Assembly (NCBI GenBank): GCA_964228555.1 | Contig: CAXQZU010000036.1 | Span: forward strand, 39,867-103,866 | DNA from: Planctomycetota bacterium | GTDB lineage: Bacteria > Planctomycetota > PLA2 > JAEUHO01 | DNA length: 64,000 bases | Direction of reading: 5' to 3' | Part shown: positions 1 through 13,433 of the stretch, piece after piece | Layout: each line of letters starts with the position of its first letter | Position numbering within the stretch: the first letter of the stretch is position 1 | Notes under the pieces: generated by a model | Told to the model about the DNA's origin: nothing | The model's input: the letters and a program-made list of their open reading frames with translations, nothing else | Database searches by the model: none | Made by a program: the position numbers and the translations under genes

Positions 1-778
1 GCAGCGGCAGCGCCAGCGCCTGCTGCAGCCCGAGGCCGGGCAGCGGCACGTAGAGCGCATCGCGGCCTTGCGCGCGGAAGACGGCGTTGTGCAGCGCGGG
101 CGAGGGCGACGGCGACGGCGGCGCGCCCAGCAGCCCGAACAGCCCGGCTTGCGGCGAGACCTCGCCGGCCCGCAACTCATCCACCAGGGCGCACAGCGCA
201 GGCGGCATGCCCTCGGCCACCGTCTCGCCCGGCAGCGGGGCACTGCCGTAGAGCAACGCGGCGCGGGCATCCAGCACGCGCAGGGCCGCCAGCGGGCCCG
301 TGGGCATGATCGCGCGCGGCGGGCCCTCGCGCTCGAGGGCCGAGCGGTAGGCCGACAGTCCCGCCGCATCGGCGAGGCCCCCGGCATGCTTGAGCACCGT
401 GCCGGCCGCCGCGGCGGGCACGTCCAGCCGCGCTGCGTGCGAGGAAGCCACGAGCCGCACGCCCGGCACGCGCCCCGCGAGCAGCGGCAGCACGTCCGCC
501 TCGGCGTCCAGCCACGCCGCACCGGCCTGAGCCGCCTCGTCCAGCCAGCGCGCAGCCTCGGCCGGCGTGCCGCCGAAGCCGCCGCCCTCGCGCACGCTGC
601 GCACGGTGGCGAGCACGGGCCGCGGGCTGGCAGCCACCCACGCCTCCAGCGCCGCCGCATCCCGCGCCGCAGGCAGCAGGTCCAGGCGCAGTTCCACGAG
701 GTCGGCGCAGGAGGGCAACGTGGCAAGGTCGGCGGGCTGCAGCACGCGCGGCGGGCAGGCCACGACCACCCGCAGCAT
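1..778 (-). CDS. aroDE: Bifunctional 3-dehydroquinate dehydratase / shikimate dehydrogenase (AroD::AroE fusion). The N-terminal about 259 aa are in the window; the C-terminus runs off the left edge.
   Basis: My own translation of the minus strand from the ATG at 776-778 gives MLRVVVACPP...ELRLDLL (type I DHQase-like). It continues in frame with no stop into GLFGLLGAPPSPSPSPALHNAVFRAQGRDALYVPLP, which matches the shikimate dehydrogenase N-terminal motif. The ATG overlaps the ispE stop (ATGA). Confidence 0.7.
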   Translation of the reverse strand, partial: MLRVVVACPPRVLQPADLATLPSCADLVELRLDLLPAARDAAALEAWVAASPRPVLATVRSVREGGGFGGTPAEAARWLDEAAQAGAAWLDAEADVLPLLAGRVPGVRLVASSHAARLDVPAAAAGTVLKHAGGLADAAGLSAYRSALEREGPPRAIMPTGPLAALRVLDARAALLYGSAPLPGETVAEGMPPALCALVDELRAGEVSPQAGLFGLLGAPPSPSPSPALHNAVFRAQGRDALYVPLPGLGLQQALALPL

Positions 779-1653
779 CAGCCCATCCTCGCCACGACCA
801 CGCGCCCCAGCCCCGCGAGCGCGCGTGCCTGCCTCTCGGCCTCGTCCTCGTCGTCCACGATGTCGTAGAGCGTGCTGCCGCTGCCGCTGAGCGCCGGCGG
901 TCGCCGCAAGCGCCGCTCCACCTCCGAGGTGAAGCGCGTGAAGGCCGGGTAGGCCCGCATGGCGGGCAGGGCCAGCGCATTCCAGTGCGCATCGCGCAGC
1001 GACGCGGCCGGCCCGCCCCCCAGCGCAGCCAGCGCCCGGGCCAGGTCCTGGCCCGGCAGGCGGCGCAGGCGCTCGGCGGCATGGGCGAACACCTGCGCGG
1101 TCGCGTGCGGCCAGCCGGGCGTCACGAGCACGCACAGGCGCGGCCTCACCTCCTCGACGGGCTCGAGCCTCTCGCCGCGCCCGCGACCCACCGCCGCGCG
1201 CGCGCCCTGCAGGAAGAAGGGGACGTCGCTGCCCAGCGCCAGCGCCATCTGCTGCAGCGCCTCGGGGCCCACGCCCGCGCCCGGGCCGGCCAGCGCCTCC
1301 AGCTGCCGCAGCACGGTGGCGGCATCGCTGCTGCCCCCGCCCAGCCCGCCCCCGACGGGCACGCGCTTGACGAGGCGCAGGCCCACGCCCCGGAACGGGG
1401 CCTGCTCGCCGCACGCTGCCAGCCACGCCTGCGCCGCGCGCGAGGCGAGGTTCTCGCCCTGCGCCGGCACGCCGGCCAGCGCGGCGGCCTCGCCCTCCAG
1501 CTGCAGGCTCACGCCCGGCTGGGCCCGGGGCTCCACGACCAGGTCATCGCCCCAGTCCAGCGCCACGAACAGGGACTCGATGTCGTGGTAGCCATCGGGC
1601 CTGCGCCCGAGCACGTCCAGCCACAGGTTGAGCTTGGCCGGCGCGAGGGCCAC
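778..1653 (-). CDS. ispE: 4-diphosphocytidyl-2-C-methyl-D-erythritol kinase
   Basis: ORF product MALAPAKLNLWLDVLGRRPDGYHDIESLF...GGGLGGGSSDAA has GHMP-kinase motifs that match IspE. Confidence 0.9.
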   Translation of the reverse strand: MALAPAKLNLWLDVLGRRPDGYHDIESLFVALDWGDDLVVEPRAQPGVSLQLEGEAAALAGVPAQGENLASRAAQAWLAACGEQAPFRGVGLRLVKRVPVGGGLGGGSSDAATVLRQLEALAGPGAGVGPEALQQMALALGSDVPFFLQGARAAVGRGRGERLEPVEEVRPRLCVLVTPGWPHATAQVFAHAAERLRRLPGQDLARALAALGGGPAASLRDAHWNALALPAMRAYPAFTRFTSEVERRLRRPPALSGSGSTLYDIVDDEDEAERQARALAGLGRVVVARMG

Positions 1654-1662
1654 GGCGCGGGC

Positions 1663-2034
1663 CTAGGGCCGCGCGGTGCCCACGACCTGGTCGATCGTGT
1701 TGCCCTCGCCCACGAAGCACACCTTGGGCACGTGCTGGCGGGCCTCGGCATCGGTCATGCTGGCGAAGGACATGATGAGGACGCGGTCGCCGGGCTGGCA
1801 CAGCCGGGCACAGCCGCCGTTCATGCCGATCACGCCGCTGCCCGCCTCGCCCTCGAACACGTAGGTCTCGAGGCGTGCCCCGTTCTCGAGGTTGACGACC
1901 AGCACCTTCTCGTGGGGCCACAGGTCCACCGCATCCAGCAGGGTGCGATCGATGGTGATGCTGCCGACGTAGTTCAGGTCGGCCTGCGTCACGCGGGCGC
2001 CATGGATCTTGCTCTTGAGCAGGGTCCGCTGCAT
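1663..2034 (-). CDS. panD: Aspartate 1-decarboxylase
   Basis: [29 protein letters not shown]...GDRVLIMSF is the PanD signature. The start is the ATG at 2032-2034 inside the longer ORF 1663..2370. Confidence 0.9.
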   Translation of the reverse strand: MQRTLLKSKIHGARVTQADLNYVGSITIDRTLLDAVDLWPHEKVLVVNLENGARLETYVFEGEAGSGVIGMNGGCARLCQPGDRVLIMSFASMTDAEARQHVPKVCFVGEGNTIDQVVGTARP

Positions 2035-2113
2035 GCGCGCATGGTACCGGCCGGCGGGGCCACGGCGAGGCAGGCCCGGCGTGGGCCCTTCCCCGGGGCC
2101 GGCCCGGGCGCCC

Positions 2114-3493
2114 CTAGGCGCCCAGCACCCAGCGGTTGTCCAGCAGGCGAGTGCTGCCGCAGCGCACGGTGGCCACCGCCAGCGAGGGCTGGGCGCCCAG
2201 CCGGGCCACGGCCTCGAACGAGGCCGGGTCCACCACCGCGAGGTAGTCCACGGCCAGCCCGGCGGCCTCCAGGCGCGCGCGCCCGGCGTCCACGAGCGAG
2301 CCCACCGAGCGCTCGCCGGCGGCGGCCGCCGCCTGCAGGGCCTCCAGCGTGCGCGGCAGGGCCAGCGCACGGGATCGCTCCTCCGCCGTCAGGTACCGGT
2401 TGCGCGACGAGAGCGCCAGCCCGTCGTCGTCCTTCACGGTCGGCGCGACCACGATCTCCACGGGCACGTCCAGGTCGCGCACCATGCGCTGCAGCACGGC
2501 CACCTGCTGCGCGTCCTTGCGGCCCAGCCAGGCCCGCCCGGCGCGCGCCCGCAGCAGCAGCTTGAGCACCACCGTGGCCACGCCGCGGAAGTGCCCGGGC
2601 CGGCGCTCGCCCTCCAGCGGCAGCGCGGGCCCCTCGGGCAGCACGGCGGTGGAGAAGCCCGGCGGGTAGAGGTCGCCGGCCTGCGGCACGTAGACGGCGT
2701 CGGCGCCGCACGCCGAGAGCACGGCGAGGTCGGCCTCCAGCGTGCGCGGGTAGCGCGCGAAGTCCTCGTGCGGCCCGAACTGCAGCGGGTTCACGAAGAT
2801 GGTGGCCAGCACGGACGGGCACTCGGCACGCGCCCTCCGCACCAGCGCGGCGTGGCCCGCATGCAAGGCCCCCATCGTGGGCACGAGGCCCACCGCGCCC
2901 GGCTGCTGGGCGCGCCAGCGCGCCAGCTGCGCCGCGTCCTCCAGCACCTCCACGCGCCGGTCGAGGGCCGGCAACGCGAGGCCCGGCGCGGGCTCGAGCG
3001 CCGCGAAGGCCTGGGGGGCGCGCGCGCGCAGGCGCATCGCATGCTCCAGCACGGTGGCGCGCGTGCCGGGCACGTGCGTGAGCGGTGCCACCTCCTCCCA
3101 GGGCGCGAGCACGAAGGCCCGCTCCAGCGCGCGCGGGTGCGGCAGGCAGGGCGCGTCGGGCTGCACGGCATCGCCGCAGCACAGCAGGTCGAGGTCGAGG
3201 CTGCGCCCCGGCCGGCCGTCGCGCACGCGGCCGGCTTCCTGCTCGAGGCGCAGGCAGGTGGCCAGCAGCTCGCGCGGCGAGAGCGTGGTGAGCACCTCGG
3301 CCACGCTGTTGAGCACGCGTGGCGCGCCGGCGGGCGTGCTGCCGCCCGCGTCCACGAAGGGCCCCCACACCGGCGCGGCCACCGCGGCCACGCGCACGCC
3401 GGCGGCCTCCAGCCCGCGCAGCGCCCCCTCCATCAGGACGGCCGCCTGCGGGTGCGTGGAGCCCAGGCCGAGGAAGGCCCGCTGGGCGCTCAT
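2114..3493 (-). CDS. folK/panC: Fusion of HPPK (2-amino-4-hydroxy-6-hydroxymethyldihydropteridine pyrophosphokinase, FolK) and pantoate--beta-alanine ligase (PanC), 459 aa
   Basis: The N-terminal half, [12 protein letters not shown]...SLDLDLL...AFVLAPW, is FolK-like. It continues with no in-frame stop into ...[17 protein letters not shown]...[13 protein letters not shown]...[12 protein letters not shown], which is PanC. The start is the ATG at 3491-3493 and overlaps the pssA stop. Confidence 0.8.
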   Translation of the reverse strand: MSAQRAFLGLGSTHPQAAVLMEGALRGLEAAGVRVAAVAAPVWGPFVDAGGSTPAGAPRVLNSVAEVLTTLSPRELLATCLRLEQEAGRVRDGRPGRSLDLDLLCCGDAVQPDAPCLPHPRALERAFVLAPWEEVAPLTHVPGTRATVLEHAMRLRARAPQAFAALEPAPGLALPALDRRVEVLEDAAQLARWRAQQPGAVGLVPTMGALHAGHAALVRRARAECPSVLATIFVNPLQFGPHEDFARYPRTLEADLAVLSACGADAVYVPQAGDLYPPGFSTAVLPEGPALPLEGERRPGHFRGVATVVLKLLLRARAGRAWLGRKDAQQVAVLQRMVRDLDVPVEIVVAPTVKDDDGLALSSRNRYLTAEERSRALALPRTLEALQAAAAAGERSVGSLVDAGRARLEAAGLAVDYLAVVDPASFEAVARLGAQPSLAVATVRCGSTRLLDNRWVLGA

Positions 3494-4383
3494 CCCTGGC
3501 GTCCCGGCGGCTCCACCACGGGGGCCTCTTCCTCGTCCTCGGGCGGTGCGCCCTCGTCCTCGTCCTCGCGCAGGGCCCAGCCGAAGCGGTCCGAGGCCAG
3601 CGCCGCCAGGGCCACGGCGGGACCGCTGAGCACGTAGAGCAGGAACAGGCCGGCCACCGTGGCCTCGAAGAAGGAGATCACCAGCCAGATGGCCACGACC
3701 GCCAGCACCACCGTGCCCAGGCCCGCGCCGCGGTCCACGTAGCGGTTCATGACGTGCGTGTAGGGCAGCCGGCTGATCATCAGGACGCCCAGCACGGGGC
3801 AGGACAGCAGCACGGCCCAGTCCATCCACGGCAGGCCGTACTCGTGCTTGAGCAGCACCAGCGCCGCCACGGTGCCGGCCGCGGCCGGGCTGGGCAGCCC
3901 GCGGAAGGTGCGCGTCACGTGCGCCCCGGCCCCGGCGGCCACGGCGGCCGACTCGGTGTTGTAGCGGGCCAGCCGCAGCGCCGCGCCCACGGCGTACAGG
4001 GCCACGAGGCCCATGGCGATGCGCGCCGGCAGGTCCGTGCCGGACGTGACCATCAAGGCCTTGGCCATCACGGCGGGCGTGGCCCCGAAGGTGACCACGT
4101 CGGCCAGGCTGTCGAGCTGGGCGCCGAAGGGCGACGACACGCGCATCATGCGTGCAATGCGCCCGTCGAGCGCGTCGCAGGCCATGCCGGCGAAGACCAT
4201 CCAGGCGGCCAGCACCACGAAGGCCTCCTGCTGGGCCGGCGGCGCCTTGGCCGCGTCGACCAGGTAGGAGAGGGCCAGCACGCCACAGAACAGGTTGCCG
4301 GCCGTGACCAGCGTGGGCAGCACCTTCACCACCCGCAGGCGGCGACGCGGGGGTCGGGCGGACGGGGCAGGCTGCGCCAGCAT
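3490..4383 (-). CDS. pssA: CDP-diacylglycerol--serine O-phosphatidyltransferase (CDP-alcohol phosphatidyltransferase family)
   Basis: MLAQPAPS... with CDALDGRIARMMRVSSPFGAQLDSLADVVTFG, the D-G-x-x-A-R...G-x-x-x-D-x-x-x-D motif. Several TM helices and an acidic C-terminal tail. The ATG is at 4381-4383. Confidence 0.8.
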   Translation of the reverse strand: MLAQPAPSARPPRRRLRVVKVLPTLVTAGNLFCGVLALSYLVDAAKAPPAQQEAFVVLAAWMVFAGMACDALDGRIARMMRVSSPFGAQLDSLADVVTFGATPAVMAKALMVTSGTDLPARIAMGLVALYAVGAALRLARYNTESAAVAAGAGAHVTRTFRGLPSPAAAGTVAALVLLKHEYGLPWMDWAVLLSCPVLGVLMISRLPYTHVMNRYVDRGAGLGTVVLAVVAIWLVISFFEATVAGLFLLYVLSGPAVALAALASDRFGWALREDEDEGAPPEDEEEAPVVEPPGRQG

Positions 4384-4524
4384 CGTGCCCGCAGTGTAGG
4401 GCCGGCCCCACGGCGGACGCCGGGGCGCCGCCGCGCCCCGCACGCGCGCCCCCCGGCGTTGAGCGGCGAGGGACCCCGCCTGTAGCCTGCTGCCCCTCGC
4501 CCCCAGCCCCGCCCGGAGCGCGCC

Positions 4525-7278
<2,754 letters not shown>

Positions 7279-7348
7279 CCCGGCGCGCCCGCCCCGGGCA
7301 CGGGCCCCGGCCCGGTATCCTCCCGCCCTCTGGCCGGGAGGCTCCGTC

Positions 7349-8647
7349 ATGGGCAGCACGCAGGTTGTCGAGGTGCGCGCACGCGAGGTGCTCGACTCGC
7401 GCGGCAACCCCACGGTGGAGGCCGAGGTGCGCCTCGCCGGCGGCGCGCGCGGCCGCGCCATGGTGCCCAGCGGGGCCAGCACGGGCGCCCACGAGGCCCA
7501 CGAGCTGCGCGACGGTGGCGCGCGCTTCCACGGCAAGGGGGTCCGGCAGGCCGTGGCACACGCAGAGGGCGAGCTGGCCCGGGCCGTGGCCGGCCTCGAC
7601 GCGGCCGCGAGCGCGACCCTCGACCGCGCGCTGCGCGCGGCCGACGGCACCCCCGCGCTCGGACGCCTGGGCGCCAACGCCACGCTGGCGGTGTCGTTGG
7701 CTGCAGCGCACGCGGCAGCCGCGGGCCTCGGCGAGCCGCTCTACCGCTTCGTGGCCCGGCAGTTCGAGCAGGCGGGCGGAGGCCCGGCGCGCCTGCGGCT
7801 GCCCGTGCCGTTGATGAACGTGCTCAACGGCGGCGCCCACGCCGACAACGGCCTCTCGGTGCAGGAGGTGATGATCGCCCCCACCGGCCTGCCCTCCTTC
7901 GCCGAGGCGCTGCGCGCGGGGGCGGAGGTCTACCAAGCCCTCAAGAAGGACCTGGCCAAGGCGGGGCTCTCCACGGCAGTGGGCGACGAAGGCGGCTTCG
8001 CGCCGCGCGTCGCCTCCTGCGAGGAGGCCATCGAGCGGGTGGAGCAGGCCATCCGCAGCGCGGGCTACCGCCCCGGCACGGACATCCGGCTGGCCCTGGA
8101 CGCGGCCGCCACCGAGTTCCACGAGGGCGGCCGCTACCGCGTGGATGGGCAGTCCCTGGACGCAGCCGGGCTGGTGGACCTGTACGCAAGGTGGGCCAGC
8201 CGCCACCCGATCTACTCGATCGAAGACGGCCTGTCGGAGGACGACTGGTCCGGCTGGCGCAGCCTCACCGAGCGGCTCGCCGGGCAGGTGCAGCTCGTGG
8301 GCGACGACCTCTTCGTGACCAACACCCAGCGACTGGAACGAGGCCTGCGCGAGCGCGTGGGCACCTGCGTGCTGGTCAAGCCCAACCAGATCGGCACGCT
8401 CTCCGACACGCTCGCCTGCGTGCGCACCGCCTATGCAGGCGGCTACGGCGCCATCCTCTCGCACCGCTCGGGCGAGACCGAGGACACGACCATCGCCGAC
8501 CTCGCCGTGGCGCTGGGCACGGGCCAGATCAAGACCGGCGCCCCCTGCCGGGGCGAGCGCACGGCCAAGTACAACCGCTTGCTGGCCATCGAGGCCGAGC
8601 TCGGCGAGGCCTCGGGCAGCGCGCCCCCCTACGGCCTGCGGGGCTAG
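7349..8647 (+). CDS. eno: Enolase (phosphopyruvate hydratase)
   Basis: [27 protein letters not shown]...[48 protein letters not shown] lies 6-11 nt upstream of the ATG. Confidence 0.95.
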   Translation: MGSTQVVEVRAREVLDSRGNPTVEAEVRLAGGARGRAMVPSGASTGAHEAHELRDGGARFHGKGVRQAVAHAEGELARAVAGLDAAASATLDRALRAADGTPALGRLGANATLAVSLAAAHAAAAGLGEPLYRFVARQFEQAGGGPARLRLPVPLMNVLNGGAHADNGLSVQEVMIAPTGLPSFAEALRAGAEVYQALKKDLAKAGLSTAVGDEGGFAPRVASCEEAIERVEQAIRSAGYRPGTDIRLALDAAATEFHEGGRYRVDGQSLDAAGLVDLYARWASRHPIYSIEDGLSEDDWSGWRSLTERLAGQVQLVGDDLFVTNTQRLERGLRERVGTCVLVKPNQIGTLSDTLACVRTAYAGGYGAILSHRSGETEDTTIADLAVALGTGQIKTGAPCRGERTAKYNRLLAIEAELGEASGSAPPYGLRG

Positions 8648-8656
8648 CCCGCGCCC

Positions 8657-8992
8657 ATGAGCCTGCCCGTCCTGCTGCCCCCGGAGCCTGCGCCGCCGCC
8701 CACCCTGCCGCCGCTGGTGGCCTGGCTGGGCGGGGCCGGCCTCGCCGTGGTGCTGATGGGCACCATCCCGGCCACGCTGGAGCGCCGCCGGCTGGACAAG
8801 GTGCACGCGAGCCTCAAGCAGTCCATCGTGCGCCAGGAAGCCGAGCTCGAGCGTTGGGAGCGCATGCGCCGCGAGGCCGGGCAGGTCTCCTACCTGCGGG
8901 AGCGGGCGCTGCGCGACCTGCTGGCCGCCGGACGCCCGCCCGTGCGAGCCCCGCTGCCGGTCCCGGCGGCACCAGCCCGCCCCGCGCGCTGA
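8657..8992 (+). CDS. Septum-formation initiator family protein, FtsB/DivIC-like (one TM helix plus a short coiled coil)
   Basis: MSLPVLLPPEP...LVAWLGGAGLAVVLMG (TM) followed by LKQSIVRQEAELERWERMRRE...SYLRERALRDL. Its position directly after eno matches a common eno-ftsB synteny. Confidence 0.5.
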   Translation: MSLPVLLPPEPAPPPTLPPLVAWLGGAGLAVVLMGTIPATLERRRLDKVHASLKQSIVRQEAELERWERMRREAGQVSYLRERALRDLLAAGRPPVRAPLPVPAAPARPAR

Positions 8993-9055
8993 GCCCCGGG
9001 CCCGCGTCCAGCCCGCGCGCCGCTCGGCGGGCAGGGTGCGTGCGATGATGCCGGC

Positions 9056-11362
9056 GTGCTGCGCGCCCGGCCCGCCTCCACCCTGCCGCTGGTGGCCCTG
9101 CTGGGCCTGCTGCTGGCGGGCCCGCCGCCGCGTGCAGAGGGCGATGCCGGCGAGGGCCCCTCGCGCGGCGCCGCACCGATGGACAACCCGTCGCACGTGC
9201 ACGACGACGATCCCGGCGTGCGCGAGGCCTTCGAGCGTGCCGGCCAGGCCGAGCGCGAGGGCCGCCACGACGAGGCCGCCGAGCGCCTGCAGTCCATCGT
9301 GGACCAGCGTTTCGTCGACGCGGCGCAACGTGAGTGCGTGCCCTCCGTGACGGCCGTGGAGGGCCGCTCCACCTACGAGGGGGCGTGGCGGGTGGCACGC
9401 CACCGTCTGGCCGGCGGCTCGCCCGCCCTGCGCGCGGCCTACGCGCGGCGCTTCGGCGCGCCGGCGCGCGAGCTGCTCGCGCGGGCCGTGGCGGCGCTGG
9501 ATCGGGACCTGCTGGCCGAGGTGGCCCGGCGCTTCCTGCCCCTGGAGGAGGGTCGCGCCGCCGCGCTGGCGCTGGCCGACCTCGCGCTCGAGCAAGGCGA
9601 CCTCGACGGGGCACTGCATCGCGTGGAAGCCCTGGAGGACCTGGAGGAAGTGGCCGTCGAGGAGGACGCTGCCCGGCTGGAGAGCTGGCGTGCGGCGCGC
9701 ATCGCGCGCGAGGCGCGGGCCCTGGCCCGCAGCCCGGCCGAGGTGGGCGAGGTGGAGCGACACCTGCTGGAGGCAGCGCGGCAGGGACCGGGCGCGGCCT
9801 CGCGACACGAGCGGGTGCCCGACGCCCTGCGGCGGGCGCCCGTCCGTCCCTCCACCTGGCCCACCACCGGCGGGCTGCCCTCGCGCGCGGGCGCCGCGCC
9901 GGCGCTGGCGGGCAGCCTGCGGCCCGTGGCCTCCGTGGCGCTGCAGCCCGACGCCGAGGAGCGTGCGCTCGCGCGCGAGATGGAGCCGGCGCGCCCGGAC
10001 CGCCCCAGCCCGTGGGTGACGCCGCGGGTCGTGGTGGGCCGCGACACGGTGTTCTGCTTCGACGGCGAGCTGCTCTCGGCCTTCGGCCGCGCGGACGGCC
10101 GCCTGCGCCATCGCGTGCGCGTGCGCGGCGAGGGCGAGGCGCGCCCGGCCCTGGGGCAGGACCCCCGCGAGGAGCTGCCGCTGCTGGAAGGGCACTGCCT
10201 CACGCTGGAGGAGGTGCCCGGGCGCGCCGCCCGCATCTACATCGCCAGCGCCACCCGCACCCTGCGCGCGCTGCGGCGCGAGGCCTCGGCCTTCGGCAGC
10301 GCCGCCGCCGCCGAGCCGCCGTGGGGCGAGGTGCTGATGGTGCGCTGGGACGGCGAGCGCCTGCTCAAGGGATGGCGCGCCAGCGGCTTCGGCAGCCAGC
10401 CGCGCCTGCCGCAGGGCCTCTCCGTGTTCGGCGCTCCCTGCCTGCACATGGGCCTCGCATGGGTCGCGGGGGTGCGGCCCAGCCAGGCCACCAGCGACGA
10501 GGTGGAGTGCTGGCTCGTGGGCCTCGAGCCCGGCACGGGCGAGCCGCAGCGCCTCGTGCGCCTGGGCAGCGGCAGCCCCTGGCGGCTCAAGCGCCTCGAC
10601 GAGGCCATCCCCTCCTCGCCCGCCGCCGCCCATGGCCGCGTGGTGGTGGCCACCTCGCTGGGCTGGGTGGCCGCGGTGGACGCCGAGGACGGGCGCGTGG
10701 CGTGGATCCAGCGCTACGACCGCACGCGCGAGACCGGTCGGCTCACGCGCCTCAACGCCATGGAGGCCGACCTCACGCCGCGCGTCACGGGCTTCGCCAA
10801 CGAGCCGCCGCTGCTGGCCTTCGGGCTCGTGGTGGTGGCCCCCACCGACAGCCACCAGCTGCTGGGGCTGGCCACCCGCCCGCGCGGCCCCGGCCGCCAC
10901 CTCGTGCGCTGGGACCCGCGCGACCGCCGCAACCACTTCGACCGCATGGCCGTGGAAGCGCTGGTGGGTGCGGCCGGCGGCGACGGCGAGGTGCCCCCCA
11001 CCATCGTGGCCACCGGCAAGGGCGATGCCGGCGAGGGCGAGCCGCCCGGGCGCGTGGTGTGCGGGCTGGACCCGGCCACGGGCGCCACGCGCTGGAGCGT
11101 GGCAGCGGCCACCGGCCACCAGCCCAGCACCTGGGGCCGCGCGGCCCTCTGCGCCGACCGCGCCTGGGTGCCCACGCTGCATGGGCTGCTGGCCGTGGAC
11201 CTGCGCCGGGGTCGGGCCGAGGGCCTGCTGGGGCGCGACCTGCTGCCGCCGGGACAGGCCGAGCCCGAGTCGCGCTGGTACGGCTCGCTGGTGCCGCTGC
11301 CGGGCGAGGGCCTGGTGGCCGTGCACGAGGGCCACATCACCTTCTGGCGCGTGGCCCGCTAG
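9056..11362 (+). CDS. Secreted PQQ-like / BamB-like beta-propeller repeat protein (768 aa)
   Basis: Signal peptide MLRARPASTLPLVALLGLLLAGPPPRAEG. Repeated segments of the form ...G.V.A.D...G...W match PQQ-type propeller blades (RVVVATSLGWVAAVDAEDGRVAW; VVCGLDPATGATRWS). The composition is not that of a spurious ORF. Confidence 0.65.
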   Translation: MLRARPASTLPLVALLGLLLAGPPPRAEGDAGEGPSRGAAPMDNPSHVHDDDPGVREAFERAGQAEREGRHDEAAERLQSIVDQRFVDAAQRECVPSVTAVEGRSTYEGAWRVARHRLAGGSPALRAAYARRFGAPARELLARAVAALDRDLLAEVARRFLPLEEGRAAALALADLALEQGDLDGALHRVEALEDLEEVAVEEDAARLESWRAARIAREARALARSPAEVGEVERHLLEAARQGPGAASRHERVPDALRRAPVRPSTWPTTGGLPSRAGAAPALAGSLRPVASVALQPDAEERALAREMEPARPDRPSPWVTPRVVVGRDTVFCFDGELLSAFGRADGRLRHRVRVRGEGEARPALGQDPREELPLLEGHCLTLEEVPGRAARIYIASATRTLRALRREASAFGSAAAAEPPWGEVLMVRWDGERLLKGWRASGFGSQPRLPQGLSVFGAPCLHMGLAWVAGVRPSQATSDEVECWLVGLEPGTGEPQRLVRLGSGSPWRLKRLDEAIPSSPAAAHGRVVVATSLGWVAAVDAEDGRVAWIQRYDRTRETGRLTRLNAMEADLTPRVTGFANEPPLLAFGLVVVAPTDSHQLLGLATRPRGPGRHLVRWDPRDRRNHFDRMAVEALVGAAGGDGEVPPTIVATGKGDAGEGEPPGRVVCGLDPATGATRWSVAAATGHQPSTWGRAALCADRAWVPTLHGLLAVDLRRGRAEGLLGRDLLPPGQAEPESRWYGSLVPLPGEGLVAVHEGHITFWRVAR

Positions 11363-11470
11363 GCCACGCACGGCCCGGGCGGGCGCGAGTCCCCCGCCGC
11401 CCCGCTGCGTGGTCTAATGCGGCCCCGGTCCGGGCGAGCGCCCGCCGGCCCTCCCGGAGCCCCGCGGCCC

Positions 11471-12538
<1,068 letters not shown>

Positions 12539-13433
12539 CCCGCTCGACCCCGAGGTCCTCGAGCGGCTCTCGGGGCTGGAGCTCAAGGCGCGCGCAATCG
12601 TCGAGGGCACGATCTCGGGCCTGCACCGCAGCCCGTTCCGCGGCTTCTCGGTGGAGTTCGCCGAGCACCGCGAGTACGTGCCCGGCGACGACATCCGCTT
12701 CCTCGACTGGAAGGTGTTCGGCAAGACCGATCGCCTCTACCTGAAGCGCTACGAGGAGGAGACCAACCTCGAGGCCACGCTGCTGGTGGACACCAGCGCC
12801 TCGATGGGCTTCGCCCGTGCCGACGGCGGCGGCGTGAGCAAGCTGGCCTACGCCCGGCTGGGCGCCGCCGCGCTGGCCTACCTCATCGCACAGCAGCAGG
12901 ACGCGGCCGGCCTCGTGCTCTTCGACAGCGAGCTGCGCGCGCAGCTGCCTGCCCGCACGGGACCGGCGCACGTGCGCGAGCTGTTCCAGCGCCTCGAGGC
13001 CGCGCGGCCCGCAGGCACCACCGGCGTGGGCCGCGCGCTGCTGGAGGCCAGCGAGGCCGTGCGCCGCCGCGGCGTGGTCGTGCTCTTCAGCGACCTGCTC
13101 GACGACCCCCGCGAGGTGCTGCGCGGGCTGCGCCACCTGCGCCAGCGCGGGCACGACGTGCTGCTGTTCCACGTGCTGGCCCACGAGGAGGTGGCGTTCC
13201 CCTTCACGCGCATGTCGCGCTTCGAGGGCCTGGAGGACGCCTCGCGGCTGGTGGCCGACCCCGTGTCGCTGCGCACGGCCTACCTCGCCGAGCTCGAGGG
13301 CTTCCGGCGCATGCTGCGGCGGGCCTGCCTCGCCAACCGCATCGACCTCGTGGAGCTGGACACCTCGCAGCAGCTGGCCGTGGTGCTGGCCGCCTACCTC
13401 GCGCAGCGCGCGGCCCGGCGCAAGGCCTAGCGC

